A stretch of 64,000 bases of DNA from Bdellovibrionales bacterium (GTDB taxonomy: Bacteria; Bdellovibrionota; Bdellovibrionia; Bdellovibrionales; JAUICD01): NCBI GenBank assembly GCA_965197425.1, contig CBDANC010000015.1, forward strand, positions 64,001 to 128,000, given 5' to 3'. The notes beneath the pieces were generated by a model. The model was given only the letters and a program-made list of their open reading frames with translations. It did no database searches and was not told the DNA's origin. Within the stretch, counting starts at the first letter, position 1; the number at the start of each line of letters is the position of its first letter. The position numbers were made by a program, and so were the translations under genes. Positions 8,625 to 19,418 of the stretch are shown here, piece after piece.

Positions 8625-11208
8625 TATAAATATTAAATTCTTTGGTGATTGGAAAGATCTTAGTAAAGCACTTTCTTCTATAGATATTCAAAAAAACTCT
8701 CTTATTGTATCTGGAATAAAAACTAAAACTGATCTTCAGTTTTATTTTTTAAACCAGCAAAAACTTCCTATGGTTGGAAATTCTATACAAACATTTTATG
8801 AGTTTTTAGAAGATGTCTTATTTCAAGTAAGGCTAGATATTAAAATTGTATCTAGTCACTACATTAAGGCAATGATAGCAAGAGAAGAAAACATGCCTGG
8901 GGCTTCTGAGTCTGTATTTGAGTTTTTAAAACTAATGCTTCCAGCCTTTTCTCATCCTAATGGATTTGAAATAATGTCAGAATGGTCACAAGCTCATAAA
9001 GCCAATATCCGATGGGGAAAATTATTTAAAAAGGCATATAAAGCATATACTCAAATTTTAGATCAAAACATTACAACTCAAGAATTTATACCTGCCCTAC
9101 TCTTTAATCTAGATTTAACCAACATAAAAACAAAAAAAGTGTATTTTTACTTAAGTAGCAACTTAAAACCTGTATATATTCATATCCTAAATAATTTAGC
9201 TAAAAATAATGATCTAACCCTACTATGCCCTACTAAAAATTGGATAGATGAACATGAAGCACTAAAAGTCTATAGAGGACTTAAAGCTTCCAACACATCT
9301 ATCTTATATAAATCAGAAAATAAAATAATCTCTAAAAGATTTACCTCTATGCTATCTGAGGTTAAGGATTGTATAGCACATGTAAGGAAATGGATAGAAG
9401 ATGGCATTGAACAAAAAGATATAGTAATAGCAGCACCAGGTATTGAGTCTTATTGGGAAGTATTAAAAGAACATTTAGACGTTGAGGGCATAGGATATGA
9501 TAGAGCAGTTAAAATACCAATACAAAGTTTTTCCGATGTAACCAGATTAATATCTACAATACGAGCAAATTTAATTCCTTCTAAAAATGATCTACAATTA
9601 GCTATTTTTCACAAAGATAAACCCATTTCATCTTATGATTCTTTTTACGAACAATATGATGTAGTAACCGAGCTAGAAGACTATAAAAGATCTGAAATAG
9701 TCTTTAAATTTATATCAGATAAGTTTAATAAAGAAGCTTTAAGCTTAGATGAGTTTATTGAATATGTATCTGTGATTTGGAAAAAAATAAACGGCGATCC
9801 AGATAGGTTAGCAAAAATTTTAAGTTGTCTTGTTCAAGATAATTTTACTTTCAAAATGAGTCTTTCTAAATGGTTTTATTATTTAGAATCGCTCTTGACT
9901 GATGTAAAAATAACAAAAACTCACCCTAATTTAAATGGGGTAGGTATTTTAGATTTATCTAAATTAGACAGGTTGGATATTAAAAAAATATATCTAATGG
10001 GAGCTACTTATCAAGCAATGAATAGTTTTAAAAGTGTTCCCATCACAAAACAAGATTTAGATACCATAGAAAAAGATACTGGGTTTGTATTAGACTATAA
10101 ATCTAGAAACTTAGAGTTTAATGCAGAGTGGATGTTATCTGGCAATGCTGATGTGGTGATAAGTTTTGCAGAAAACAGCTTTTTTTCAGACGAACTAACT
10201 CCTTCTTACTTTTGGCTAAAATATGCAAAATGCAAATTCACAAGCCAGCCTAAGAAGACAAGATGGGATTTGATTCAAGAAAAAAATGTTAGAAAACCTG
10301 GGCAAAGCAAATCTTATGATAATTACGCGATCAAAAAAACTTTAAAAAAATATGATCTAAAAAAAATATCTGCTACAGACATTGAAACATTTAAGAGTTG
10401 TCCCTTTATATTTTATGCAAAAAAATGTTTGGGATTAAGAGACAATGCTTCTTTAGGTTTAGATTTTAGTTACTTATACCAAGGATCATTTTTACATGAA
10501 TGTTTAGAAGAGTTAGTTAAAGAGCCATTTAAAAATTATTCTAAAAAAGATCTTGAAAAGTATTTAAAAAATAAGATTAAACCTAAGGTTGTGGAGTCTA
10601 AATACATAGATAAATTTATACATAAATATGCTAGAATTCTTGAGAGAGTTTTTGAATTTGAATTAAAAAATAGGGAACAAAAAAATATAAAAACCATAGG
10701 CAAAGAAGTGGAATTCCAAGCTCACTATTTGCCAGACAAAGAGAAGTTTTGTAAGTCAGGTGATGAAATTTCAGTTTTAGTCACAGGTAAGATTGATAGA
10801 ATAGATGAAGTAAAAAATTCTAATCTTCGGATTATTGATTACAAAAGTTCTGGCTCTAAAGTAAGACACTATCAATCTTGGATTAAAAATAATATGCTTC
10901 AGCTAATATTATACTCAATCCTAGCAGACGAAGGTTTTGTGAGGGACATATCAGGAGAAGTATCAGATGCGATGTATTTTAATCTTAAAGATGTTGAGCT
11001 AAAGGGCTTTTGTCTAGATGAAAAATCAAATTCACGGAGCAAAATTTCGCTAGAAGATTTAGGCAAGCTGTACAATTCTTTTAAAGAAATTTTAAGGAGT
11101 ATAATAGATGAAATAAAAAGTGCTGAGTTTGATCCAGCTCCAAGTGACTCTAAGAAATGTGAAGAATGTTATTTAAACAAAACATGTAGGTATAACTATG
11201 AAGCGTAA
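8611..11208 (+). CDS. addB: AddB-like PD-(D/E)XK nuclease subunit with Fe-S cysteines
   Basis: SATDIETFKSCP, GKIDRID, IIDYKS, CEECYLNKTC; coupled to the UvrD-type partner gene. Confidence 0.82.
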   Translation: MINSDINIKFFGDWKDLSKALSSIDIQKNSLIVSGIKTKTDLQFYFLNQQKLPMVGNSIQTFYEFLEDVLFQVRLDIKIVSSHYIKAMIAREENMPGASESVFEFLKLMLPAFSHPNGFEIMSEWSQAHKANIRWGKLFKKAYKAYTQILDQNITTQEFIPALLFNLDLTNIKTKKVYFYLSSNLKPVYIHILNNLAKNNDLTLLCPTKNWIDEHEALKVYRGLKASNTSILYKSENKIISKRFTSMLSEVKDCIAHVRKWIEDGIEQKDIVIAAPGIESYWEVLKEHLDVEGIGYDRAVKIPIQSFSDVTRLISTIRANLIPSKNDLQLAIFHKDKPISSYDSFYEQYDVVTELEDYKRSEIVFKFISDKFNKEALSLDEFIEYVSVIWKKINGDPDRLAKILSCLVQDNFTFKMSLSKWFYYLESLLTDVKITKTHPNLNGVGILDLSKLDRLDIKKIYLMGATYQAMNSFKSVPITKQDLDTIEKDTGFVLDYKSRNLEFNAEWMLSGNADVVISFAENSFFSDELTPSYFWLKYAKCKFTSQPKKTRWDLIQEKNVRKPGQSKSYDNYAIKKTLKKYDLKKISATDIETFKSCPFIFYAKKCLGLRDNASLGLDFSYLYQGSFLHECLEELVKEPFKNYSKKDLEKYLKNKIKPKVVESKYIDKFIHKYARILERVFEFELKNREQKNIKTIGKEVEFQAHYLPDKEKFCKSGDEISVLVTGKIDRIDEVKNSNLRIIDYKSSGSKVRHYQSWIKNNMLQLILYSILADEGFVRDISGEVSDAMYFNLKDVELKGFCLDEKSNSRSKISLEDLGKLYNSFKEILRSIIDEIKSAEFDPAPSDSKKCEECYLNKTCRYNYEA

Positions 11209-13942
11209 AATAACGCAGGCTGGTGCTGGCACAGGAAAAACAACAAGCTTAATAAATGAAGTTTTCAAGTTTTATATTGAATATAGATCGAAGCATGCTA
11301 AACATCCAAATGTTGTCCTTACAACATTCACAAGGAAAGCAACTCAAGAGTTAAGGGAAAGAATTGTAGAAAAAGCAATTTCAGAAAAGGTAGAAAAAAA
11401 TGGATTTTTAGACTTTGCCCTGTCAAATAACAACTTACATATTTCAACTATTCATGGAGTAGTATCTTTATTTCTAAGACAGTATGCTGGAACACTTAAG
11501 ATCGATTCTAACTTTAAAGTAATGAATAAATCTAAACACCTTGCAACTACTGTTTTAAGAAATTTGTTAAATGAAGATAGGGAACTTTTAGAAGAGTATA
11601 GTTTTGATAATTTATTAGACTATGTTGATTCATTTTATAAAAAGTATTCTGAAAAACCAGATATAAAACCAGCTACAAGAGAAGATTTAGAAAAACTTAT
11701 TCAAAATGATAAGGAAAAACCAAATAGTTATACTTTAGAAAAAATAGAACAAGTAGGGGAGAAATTTAATAAACTAGGCATTTTGTTTAGCAAAAAATTT
11801 TACGAAGAAAAGCAAAAAAATGGCATATTAACTATAGATGATCTAGAGCTGCTTATGCTTAAATGTATTAGAGATCATAAAAATTTAGTAAAGGAATTCG
11901 CTGGTTTTTGGGATTATTGGTTAATTGATGAATACCAGGATACAAGCCCTATACAGGATTTCATATTAGATAATTTATCTAAAAACACAAAGTGTTTTTA
12001 TGTAGGGGATCCACAGCAGAGTATTTACTCATTTAGAGGGGCTAAAGAGGAAGTATTTTTAAACAAAGTAAAAAAAATAAAATCTAACGAAGGTACACTG
12101 TATTTAAAAAGTAACTATAGATCAAACAAAGCGCTAGTTAATTTTTTCAACGATTTTTTTGGCTCACATAAAGACAAAGCCTTTAATTCTTTAAATTCTA
12201 AGAGTAACAGAAAGATGCCAAATTATCCTGTATGTACTTTTATTATTTGTGATAAAAACAAAGACAAGCTGCTTCAAGAGGAAGTTGTAAGTAGTGAAAT
12301 AAAATCTCTTTTGAAAAAAGGAGCAAGTCCAGAAGATATTTGTATTTTGTGTCAGACAAATGATCAACTATCTAAAATTTCAAAAAGTTTAGATCAGTAT
12401 AATGTGCCTACATTTGTTCATTCCTCAGGAGCTTTTCATAAAAGAAAAGAAATTAAAGATCTAAAAATTATAATCAAATTTTTATTAAATCCACATGATA
12501 ATATTAATTTCATTTCTTTTTTGCGTATGCCTTGGGTTGAAGTTGGTGAAGATATAATTTTTCAAATAGGGAAAAGTGTTAAAAATTCTAGGGATGAAAT
12601 TTCATATTGGCAACATATTAGAGACAATCAAAAATTTATAGATTTATCAGACAAATTAGAAAAGCTTTTTAGTGATGTAAGTATCAATGGAATAGCTGAT
12701 ACCGTTAGAGATTTTTGTATTGAAAGTGGCTTCATAAATGATTCTCTTTTATATGATGAATCTGGAAGAAGAGAGGCAAATATTTGGAAGTTTTTGCTTA
12801 AAATTAAGGTGCATGAGCCAGAGTTTAACTTTTTAGATCTTATAGAAGGAGAAGAGTATCAATATAGCGAAGATTCATTTGATAGTGATCAAGGGGCAGA
12901 CGCTATTTCTGCAATAAACCCTGGGATGGTAAATTTAATGACCATTCACAAGGCTAAGGGATTAGAATTTAAACATGTGTTTATAGCTTTTTTTGATGTA
13001 AAATCTAAGGGTAATAATAAAAATGGCTTTGTGTTGGATGAAAATTCCAATAAATGGACAATCCCGTACAATGACGCTAAAGAGGCAAAAAAAGCTTCTG
13101 TTTTAGCTAATAGAGTGAAAGAGAATAATAAATCTATAAAAGAGAAAGAAGAAGATAGAAAATTGTATGTAGCAATGACAAGAGCAATTGATTCTCTACA
13201 CATATTTGTTAATGAGAAAGGTTTAAGAGAAAATGGCAAAACTAGTGGGTATTGGGTCAAGAATTTTGATTGGGACTTTATACCAGGTAAGTTTGAAAAG
13301 GATAATTATACTTATGAGGTAAAAAAAGCCAAGGCCTTAGATAGCGAAATTGATTGTGATAAGCAAGTTGATGTTGAAGTTCCTGATAAAATAAAACCCG
13401 ATGTCTTAGTTAAGAAAGCTGTGGGGGATTTTTTAGAAAACAAGGTATTTTATAGTAAGAAAAATACCGTGCTTAGGAGCGTAAGAAAGACAGATTTTGG
13501 AATAAAGTTTCATAGAGTAATGCAGTTAATGCAATCAGGTGTTCAATGTGATTTAGAGGCATTATTTAGCTCTGATGAAACTGTGTGTGAAGTTAGAGAT
13601 GCTGTGGATTTTTTGAAAAATCTTAAAGCCCCCCCGTTTATGAAAATTTTTGAGGTTGGCAAGACTGAATGGTGGTTTATGAAAAAAATAAATGACGTTG
13701 TTTTAGAAGGCAGAATAGATCTTTGGGGTGTGGTGGATAATATTGCATGGGTGATAGATTATAAAACAGGTTCATTGGAAAATTGTGATTTGGCCCTGAA
13801 ACAGTTAGCAATATATGCATCTTTGGTAAAAGATATATGTAAAAGGGAGGTAAAAATTGCTGCCTTGTATCCTATGGATAAAGAGGTAATTGTAAAAGAC
13901 TCTGTATTTATAAATCAAACTTTAGAAAATCTCAATGTTTAA
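11198..13942 (+). CDS. addA: AddA-like UvrD helicase-nuclease
   Basis: AGAGTGKT, TFTRKAT, DEYQDT, VGDPQQSIYSFRGA, TIHKAKGLE, YVAMTRA, C-terminal GRIDL..IDYKTG. Confidence 0.88.
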   Translation: MKRKITQAGAGTGKTTSLINEVFKFYIEYRSKHAKHPNVVLTTFTRKATQELRERIVEKAISEKVEKNGFLDFALSNNNLHISTIHGVVSLFLRQYAGTLKIDSNFKVMNKSKHLATTVLRNLLNEDRELLEEYSFDNLLDYVDSFYKKYSEKPDIKPATREDLEKLIQNDKEKPNSYTLEKIEQVGEKFNKLGILFSKKFYEEKQKNGILTIDDLELLMLKCIRDHKNLVKEFAGFWDYWLIDEYQDTSPIQDFILDNLSKNTKCFYVGDPQQSIYSFRGAKEEVFLNKVKKIKSNEGTLYLKSNYRSNKALVNFFNDFFGSHKDKAFNSLNSKSNRKMPNYPVCTFIICDKNKDKLLQEEVVSSEIKSLLKKGASPEDICILCQTNDQLSKISKSLDQYNVPTFVHSSGAFHKRKEIKDLKIIIKFLLNPHDNINFISFLRMPWVEVGEDIIFQIGKSVKNSRDEISYWQHIRDNQKFIDLSDKLEKLFSDVSINGIADTVRDFCIESGFINDSLLYDESGRREANIWKFLLKIKVHEPEFNFLDLIEGEEYQYSEDSFDSDQGADAISAINPGMVNLMTIHKAKGLEFKHVFIAFFDVKSKGNNKNGFVLDENSNKWTIPYNDAKEAKKASVLANRVKENNKSIKEKEEDRKLYVAMTRAIDSLHIFVNEKGLRENGKTSGYWVKNFDWDFIPGKFEKDNYTYEVKKAKALDSEIDCDKQVDVEVPDKIKPDVLVKKAVGDFLENKVFYSKKNTVLRSVRKTDFGIKFHRVMQLMQSGVQCDLEALFSSDETVCEVRDAVDFLKNLKAPPFMKIFEVGKTEWWFMKKINDVVLEGRIDLWGVVDNIAWVIDYKTGSLENCDLALKQLAIYASLVKDICKREVKIAALYPMDKEVIVKDSVFINQTLENLNV

Positions 13943-15099
13943 TACCTTTCTACTACGATAGCGCTTGCTTCTCCTCCGCCTATGCATAAGGTTGCAAGCC
14001 CTCTTTTTAATTTTAGATTATCAAGTGCATATAGCAAGGTAGTTAGTATTCTAGCTCCACTTGCCCCTATTGGATGTCCCAGAGCTATAGCTCCACCATT
14101 TACATTTATCTTTGATTTGTTGATATTAAAGTGATCAATACAAACTAATGCTACTGATGCAAAGGCTTCGTTGATTTCCCACAAATCAATATCGTTTGCA
14201 TCAAGCCTGGATGCTTTTAGCACCTTTTCTACAGCACCTATTGGGGCTGTGGTGAACCATGCTGGATCACTGGCATGTGATGCGTGTGCAATGATTTTTG
14301 CCATAGGCTTAATCGCTAGTTTTTTAGCTTGATCTTCTGACATTAGAACAAGCGCAGATGCCCCATCGTTGAGTTTGCTGGCATTTGCTGCTGTTATTGT
14401 TCCATCTTTTTCAAATACGGTTCGGAGCTTTGGAATTTTATCGAATAAGACTTTTTTAGGTTCTTCATCGCAAGTTACTTTTACAAGCTCTTTTTTGTTT
14501 TCGTATTCTACAGATACTATTTCATTTTTAAAGAGATCTTTTTCGGTGGCAGCTATAGCTCTTTTGTAACTTTCTATAGCGAACTCGTCTTGACTTTCTC
14601 TTGAGTATTTTTTTTCCTTAGCACATAGTTCACCAAAACTCCCCATATGCTGGTTATTGTATGGATCCCATAGTCCATCATGTATCATGGAGTCTACAAT
14701 TTGTTGATGTCCCATTCTAAAACCATTTCTCATATTGTTTAAAATAAATGGAGCTTGGGACATGTTTTCCTGTCCACCACAAGCTATTATGGTGTTTGGA
14801 TTTATTGTGATCCTGTCTGAAGCTAGCATGACAGCTTTTAATCCTGAACCGCATACCTTATTTATTGTCATACATTCCGTGCTGTTAGGGAGTCCTGCTC
14901 CTAGAGCGGCTTGTCTGGCTGGTGCTTGCCCTATACCCGCTGTTAACACCTGTCCCATTATCACTTCATCTATATCTAAATTCAGCCCTTCCAAAGCTCC
15001 TTTTATTGCAATAGATCCAAGTGTTGGAGCAGTAACACTGGATAAAGAGCCTTTGAACGAACCAATGGGAGTTCTTTTAGCACTGACTATAACAACCAT
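13939..15099 (-). CDS. Acetyl-CoA C-acetyltransferase (thiolase)
   Basis: INKVCGSG, NEAFA, GGAIALGHPIGASG, LCIGGG. Confidence 0.96.
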   Translation of the reverse strand: MVVIVSAKRTPIGSFKGSLSSVTAPTLGSIAIKGALEGLNLDIDEVIMGQVLTAGIGQAPARQAALGAGLPNSTECMTINKVCGSGLKAVMLASDRITINPNTIIACGGQENMSQAPFILNNMRNGFRMGHQQIVDSMIHDGLWDPYNNQHMGSFGELCAKEKKYSRESQDEFAIESYKRAIAATEKDLFKNEIVSVEYENKKELVKVTCDEEPKKVLFDKIPKLRTVFEKDGTITAANASKLNDGASALVLMSEDQAKKLAIKPMAKIIAHASHASDPAWFTTAPIGAVEKVLKASRLDANDIDLWEINEAFASVALVCIDHFNINKSKINVNGGAIALGHPIGASGARILTTLLYALDNLKLKRGLATLCIGGGEASAIVVERY

Positions 15100-15196
15100 A
15101 TTTTACAACAACCATATTTTGTAAGACCACACTACGTAACCACCATCTTTTATAACAGCTTGTTTTTTAGAACAACACTTATGGCTCTTTTTTAAT

Positions 15197-15547
15197 AAAG
15201 GCGAGGTTAGCAAACAGCAAATAAATCTGGCTTTGCCAGTTTTTTTGCTGTGAGCGCCTGTTTCCTGGTGGGCCTCACAGCCGATCTTGTAACTCAAGGT
15301 GAGCCTAATGAGGCTAATAAGATGGATTGGTGAAATGCAGGACGAAGTCCAAATGAAACCAAAACATATTTTAGCCGAGTGGTTACCCAGCTCTGGAACA
15401 CGATGTTGATCCCGTAACTTAAAGTCTTCCGAACGAGGCAAAAACAAGGAGGCTTTGTCTTCTTTCAAAGCCTGGTGGTTGCCCAGCTCTTTATGTGGTA
15501 GGTATCTCCCCTTACGATGAAGGATCGGCTGTGAGGTCCGCCGGAAC
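15197..15547 (+). repeat. Modular palindromic repeat family, array of three units plus an inverted partial 3' end
   Basis: Junctions GTAACT|CAAGGTGAGCC (~15294) and GTAACT|TAAAGTCTTCC (~15419); 15522-15547 is the reverse complement of GTTCCGGCGGACCTCACAGCCGATCC. Confidence 0.92.
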
Positions 15548-15723
15548 GTAGGGCCACTTTTCAAAACAAACAAGTCTGTTTATTTCAGTGGCCTCTAAGT
15601 GTTGTTGAACGTAATTTGCCCGACAAAAAGCAAGCAAACTCGCTTTATTGTCAGGCGGGGGTCAGTGCTTACATATAAACTACTTGATTCAGATATCTTT
15701 TGTCTAGTATAAGAGCCTTCACC

Positions 15724-16590
15724 ATGGCATTAAGTAAGAAAAAATCAAAAGCCAAAAAAAAGGCGCCCAAACATTTGAAAAAGAAGACTAAAAAGAAACT
15801 GTCTAAGAAGAAGTCTTCTAAGAAGATAATCAAAAAAGTATCTAAAAAGAAAGTTCCTAAAAAGGCGACTAAGACTAAAAAGAAGACATCTAAGAAGAAA
15901 GTATCTAAGAAAAAAGTGTCTAGGAAGAAGTCTTCTAAGAAGGCAGTCAAAAAGGCATCTAAGAAAAAAGTGTCTAAGAAAAAGTCCTCTAAGAAGGCAG
16001 TCAAAAAGGCATCTAAGAAAAAAGTGTCTAAGAAAAAGTCCTCTAAGAAGGTAGTCAAAAAGGCATCTAAAAAGAAAGCATCTAGAAAAGCAACTAAGGC
16101 TAAGAAGAAAGTATCGAAGAAGAAAACCGTTGGGAAAAAGGTATCTAAGAAAAAAGTGTCTAAGAAGAAACCTTCTAAAAAGAAGCTTTCCGAAAAAGAT
16201 ATTTTAAAAATTAAAGACGAAGTGGAGCAGGCTTTTGAGGAAGAACTAGTAGAACTAAAGGACGCTTTTGGTAACAAACTTTGTTGTTCAAAGGATTGTG
16301 ATCAGGTTGCTACTGTAATGGATAAGAATGGTCAGCATTATTGTAGGTTACATTACATAGCTTTATGGGAAAGCATTCAGATTAGAAACAACATATTGAC
16401 CGGGGACATTTTGAAAAATTTTGTCGATCGGATTGTAAAGCTATATCCTGAAAAATTCTTGGAGATAGTAAGAAAAGATTTGAGCACAGAAAAAGATTTT
16501 ATTACTGCATTACAAGACTTGGATATGTCGGAATTTGCTTCTTTTGATGACCATTTTGGGTATGCCGACGAGGTTTCCGAAGATTATTAA
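15724..16590 (+). CDS. Lysine-rich histone-H1-like protein with C-terminal Cys/His globular domain
   Basis: About 155 aa of KKVSKKK/KKASKKK repeats, then CCSKDCDQ...YCRLHY and an acidic tail; ATG at 15724. Confidence 0.85.
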   Translation: MALSKKKSKAKKKAPKHLKKKTKKKLSKKKSSKKIIKKVSKKKVPKKATKTKKKTSKKKVSKKKVSRKKSSKKAVKKASKKKVSKKKSSKKAVKKASKKKVSKKKSSKKVVKKASKKKASRKATKAKKKVSKKKTVGKKVSKKKVSKKKPSKKKLSEKDILKIKDEVEQAFEEELVELKDAFGNKLCCSKDCDQVATVMDKNGQHYCRLHYIALWESIQIRNNILTGDILKNFVDRIVKLYPEKFLEIVRKDLSTEKDFITALQDLDMSEFASFDDHFGYADEVSEDY

Positions 16591-16599
16591 GAGGTAAAT

Positions 16600-18870
16600 T
16601 TGACTAAGCAATCACCTATGATGATGCAATATAAAAATATCAAGAATAGATATCCTGATAGTATTTTGATGTTTCAGATGGGTGATTTTTACGAAATGTT
16701 TTTTGAAGATGCCAATGTTTCTTCTTCTATTCTGGGGATTACCCTTACATCTAGAAACAAAAATAAAGAAAACCAGGTGCCAATGTGTGGTGTTCCTTTG
16801 ACCAATTTAGGTTCTTCAGTAAAGAAGCTTTTGGATAGCAATCTAAAGGTTGCGGTCTGTGATCAAATTGAAAATCCTGTAAATGCAAAAGGCATTGTTA
16901 AAAGAGGGGTTACCAGACTTCTAACACCTGGAATGGTATTTGATCCAGAAACTTTGGATGGAACTAAGCAAAACTATCTTGCTTCTTTTGATGATAAGAC
17001 TATGTCTTTTGTGGATTCAAGTACTGGAGATAATTTTTACTATGAGATTACTGGATTAACTCAGGTAAAAAATTTGTTTAATACTTTTAAACCTGTAGAG
17101 TTTGTGAAATCGAAAGATCAAAAAAACATTGGTTTTCAAAATGTGTTTGTAAGTAATTTTGATATGGATGTTCCAAACTTAGATCGGAACAAATACACAC
17201 ATAATGGTGTTGAAATAGAGAGCACCAGGAGGTTAATAGGCTATATTAGGTCTATGAAACATCCTATTTCAACTTTAAGACCTCTATCAAAAAGAGGTAT
17301 GAGTTATATGAATTTGCAACCCAATACTAGGCAACATTTGGAGTTTTTTAAGACATACAATAATGATGTTAGGGGATCACTTTTTCACACGATCAATAAG
17401 ACCAAAACGCCAGGAGGAGCTAGAAAACTTAGAGAATTTTTGAATTTTCCTTTGGTACAAGAAGACTTGATTCAAAGGCGACATGATAAAATTGAAGAGT
17501 ATTTAAAGGATCAGACTTTACTTGGTCTTTTGAGAAAAACTTTATCTGGTATAGGGGAGATAGAGAGAAAGTTAATAAAGATATGTTCTGGTAGTTATGT
17601 ACCTAAGGATTTTGTTTCTGTTGGTCATTCTTTATCAAAGGCTTTAGATCTTTTTAAGATTCAAAACTTTAAGCATAAACATCAAGATGATTTGCAGAAA
17701 ATTGTAGATACAATTTTTAAGACTATTGAAATTGATTTTTGTGGAAATATGAAGGATGGGGGATTTATAAAGCCGGAGGCATCGCTTAAACTTTCTAAGT
17801 TAATTGAGTGTGATAGAGATGCTTTAAGCAAAGTTAAAATGTTGGAAAAGAAGGAAAGAGAAAAACAGAGGATTCCTTCTTTAAAGATTAAGTTTAACAG
17901 TGTGTTCGGGTATTATATTGAGGTGACGAATACTCATAAAAGTAAAGTTCCAGATTATTACATAAGAAAGCAAACTTTGGTAAATTCTGAAAGATATACA
18001 GTTTTAGAGTTAAAAAAAATAGAAGAAGAAGTATTGCTAGCAAGATCTAAGAGGTTAGATTTAGAGCTTAGTATTTTGGATGATTTAAGGATTCTTTTAC
18101 ATGACAATGCTAGGATTTTGATGGAGGTTTCAGACTTAATCTCTAGGATTGATGTTTTTACTTCTCTTGCGTGGCTTGCACTTGAAAACAGCTATGTAAA
18201 GCCCGAATTATCTTCCGACAAAATTTGTGTTGTAAATTTACGACATCCTGTCGTGGAGTTGTATAGCGAGATCCCTTTTGTACCTAACACTTTTGAGATG
18301 CATACATCTGATTGTATGTTGATTACAGGACCTAATATGGCTGGTAAGAGTACAGTTATGAGGCAATTTGCAATTTGTAGTATTCTCTGTCAGATGGGTT
18401 CATTTGTCCCTGCAAGTAGTGCCAAGCTCTGTATTTTTGATAGTATCTATACTAGGATTGGAGCAAATGACTCCTTATCGGAGGGGCTTAGTACTTTTAT
18501 GGTTGAGATGAAGGAAACTGCTAGCATGTTGAATGGGGCCACTAGTAGGAGTTTGCTTATTTTAGATGAGATAGGTCGTGGAACATCTACTTTTGATGGA
18601 ATGAGTTTAGCACAGGCTATTTTAGAGCATTTAGTTTTCAAGGTTAGAGCTACAACTTTTTTTGCTACACATTATCATGAGTTAACTTCTAGTGTAGATG
18701 GGGTGATAAACAAGCATATGGGAATTGAGGAAAGTGGTCAGAAGATTAGATTTCTTTACACTCTTTTAGACGGTGTTTGTGGAAAGTCTTATGGTGTGGA
18801 AGTAGCAAAACTTGCTGGGATCCCTGAGAAAGTTACCTCTAGAGCAAACGAGATATTGTCCCAACACTGA
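16600..18870 (+). CDS. mutS: DNA mismatch repair protein MutS (compact)
   Basis: GDFYEMF, TGPNMAGKST, STFMVEM, DEIGRGTST, ATHYHEL. Confidence 0.97.
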   Translation: MTKQSPMMMQYKNIKNRYPDSILMFQMGDFYEMFFEDANVSSSILGITLTSRNKNKENQVPMCGVPLTNLGSSVKKLLDSNLKVAVCDQIENPVNAKGIVKRGVTRLLTPGMVFDPETLDGTKQNYLASFDDKTMSFVDSSTGDNFYYEITGLTQVKNLFNTFKPVEFVKSKDQKNIGFQNVFVSNFDMDVPNLDRNKYTHNGVEIESTRRLIGYIRSMKHPISTLRPLSKRGMSYMNLQPNTRQHLEFFKTYNNDVRGSLFHTINKTKTPGGARKLREFLNFPLVQEDLIQRRHDKIEEYLKDQTLLGLLRKTLSGIGEIERKLIKICSGSYVPKDFVSVGHSLSKALDLFKIQNFKHKHQDDLQKIVDTIFKTIEIDFCGNMKDGGFIKPEASLKLSKLIECDRDALSKVKMLEKKEREKQRIPSLKIKFNSVFGYYIEVTNTHKSKVPDYYIRKQTLVNSERYTVLELKKIEEEVLLARSKRLDLELSILDDLRILLHDNARILMEVSDLISRIDVFTSLAWLALENSYVKPELSSDKICVVNLRHPVVELYSEIPFVPNTFEMHTSDCMLITGPNMAGKSTVMRQFAICSILCQMGSFVPASSAKLCIFDSIYTRIGANDSLSEGLSTFMVEMKETASMLNGATSRSLLILDEIGRGTSTFDGMSLAQAILEHLVFKVRATTFFATHYHELTSSVDGVINKHMGIEESGQKIRFLYTLLDGVCGKSYGVEVAKLAGIPEKVTSRANEILSQH

Positions 18871-18888
18871 GAGGCCTATGACAAAAAA

Positions 18889-18922
18889 TTCACTTGTTTT
18901 TAGTCTCGTTCGGAAGAGCTTT
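18889..18922 (-). repeat. Modular repeat family, isolated 5' end
   Basis: Reverse complement AAAGCTCTTCCGAACGAGACTAAAAACAAGTGAA. Confidence 0.8.
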
Positions 18923-19126
18923 GTGGTGTATTTTATTGAGATTTTCTAAAAAAAGTTATAGCGATGTCTCTCTCATTTGCTATGATCTTGTTTCATGGGA
19001 TGGGGCTTTCGAAACAAAAACCTTCACAAGGGTATCGACAGTTGTAACACCAACAGTGCTAGTGCTAGTGCTGTTGATGTTGTTGGCGAAGAAGCTAATG
19101 CTAAAAACTTTAATAATAATGAATAT

Positions 19127-19203
19127 TTAGCTCACCTTTATTTAACAAGTCCACTTGTTTTTGCCTCATTGGAAGACCTTTAGTAATGGAATCGGTTGTG
19201 AGG
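19127..19203 (-). repeat. Modular repeat family, junction fragment
   Basis: Reverse complement CCTCACAACCGATTCCATTACT|AAAGGTCTTCCAATGAGGCAAAAACAAGTGGACTTGTT..AAAGGTGAGC. Confidence 0.85.
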
Positions 19204-19290
19204 AAGGTGCAAAAACACAATGTGTTTTAACTACATAATTAAGGAAAACATGAGGTTTACGGAGACCTTTCGCAGCGTAATTCACATAAC

Positions 19291-19418
19291 AAAAACCGAC
19301 TGTAGGGAGGTTATTTGAATTGGAAAATATAAAGATTTATCCCGTGAACCAATTGAACCATCTGGCAAAGCCAGAATTTTTGCTATGCTCAATCAGTGTT
19401 AGAGAAGGCCTTTGAGTT
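19291..19418 (-). repeat. Modular repeat family, unit containing module B
   Basis: Reverse complement AACTCAAAGG..AACACTGATTGA..CTGGCTTTGCCAG TGGTTCAATTGG...AAATAACCTCCCTACAGTCGG. Confidence 0.88.

Noticed and set aside
15325..15365. Hammerhead ribozyme (GGAC..GTCC..GAAAC)
   Set aside because: The CUGANGA core is missing
15197..15547. CRISPR-like or integron attC cassette array
   Set aside because: Inserts are reused hairpins rather than unique spacers or ORFs; no RYYYAAC...GTTRRRY boundaries and no integrase
15669..16277. 202-aa Phe/Leu-rich minus-strand ORF
   Set aside because: Antisense shadow of the lysine-repeat gene
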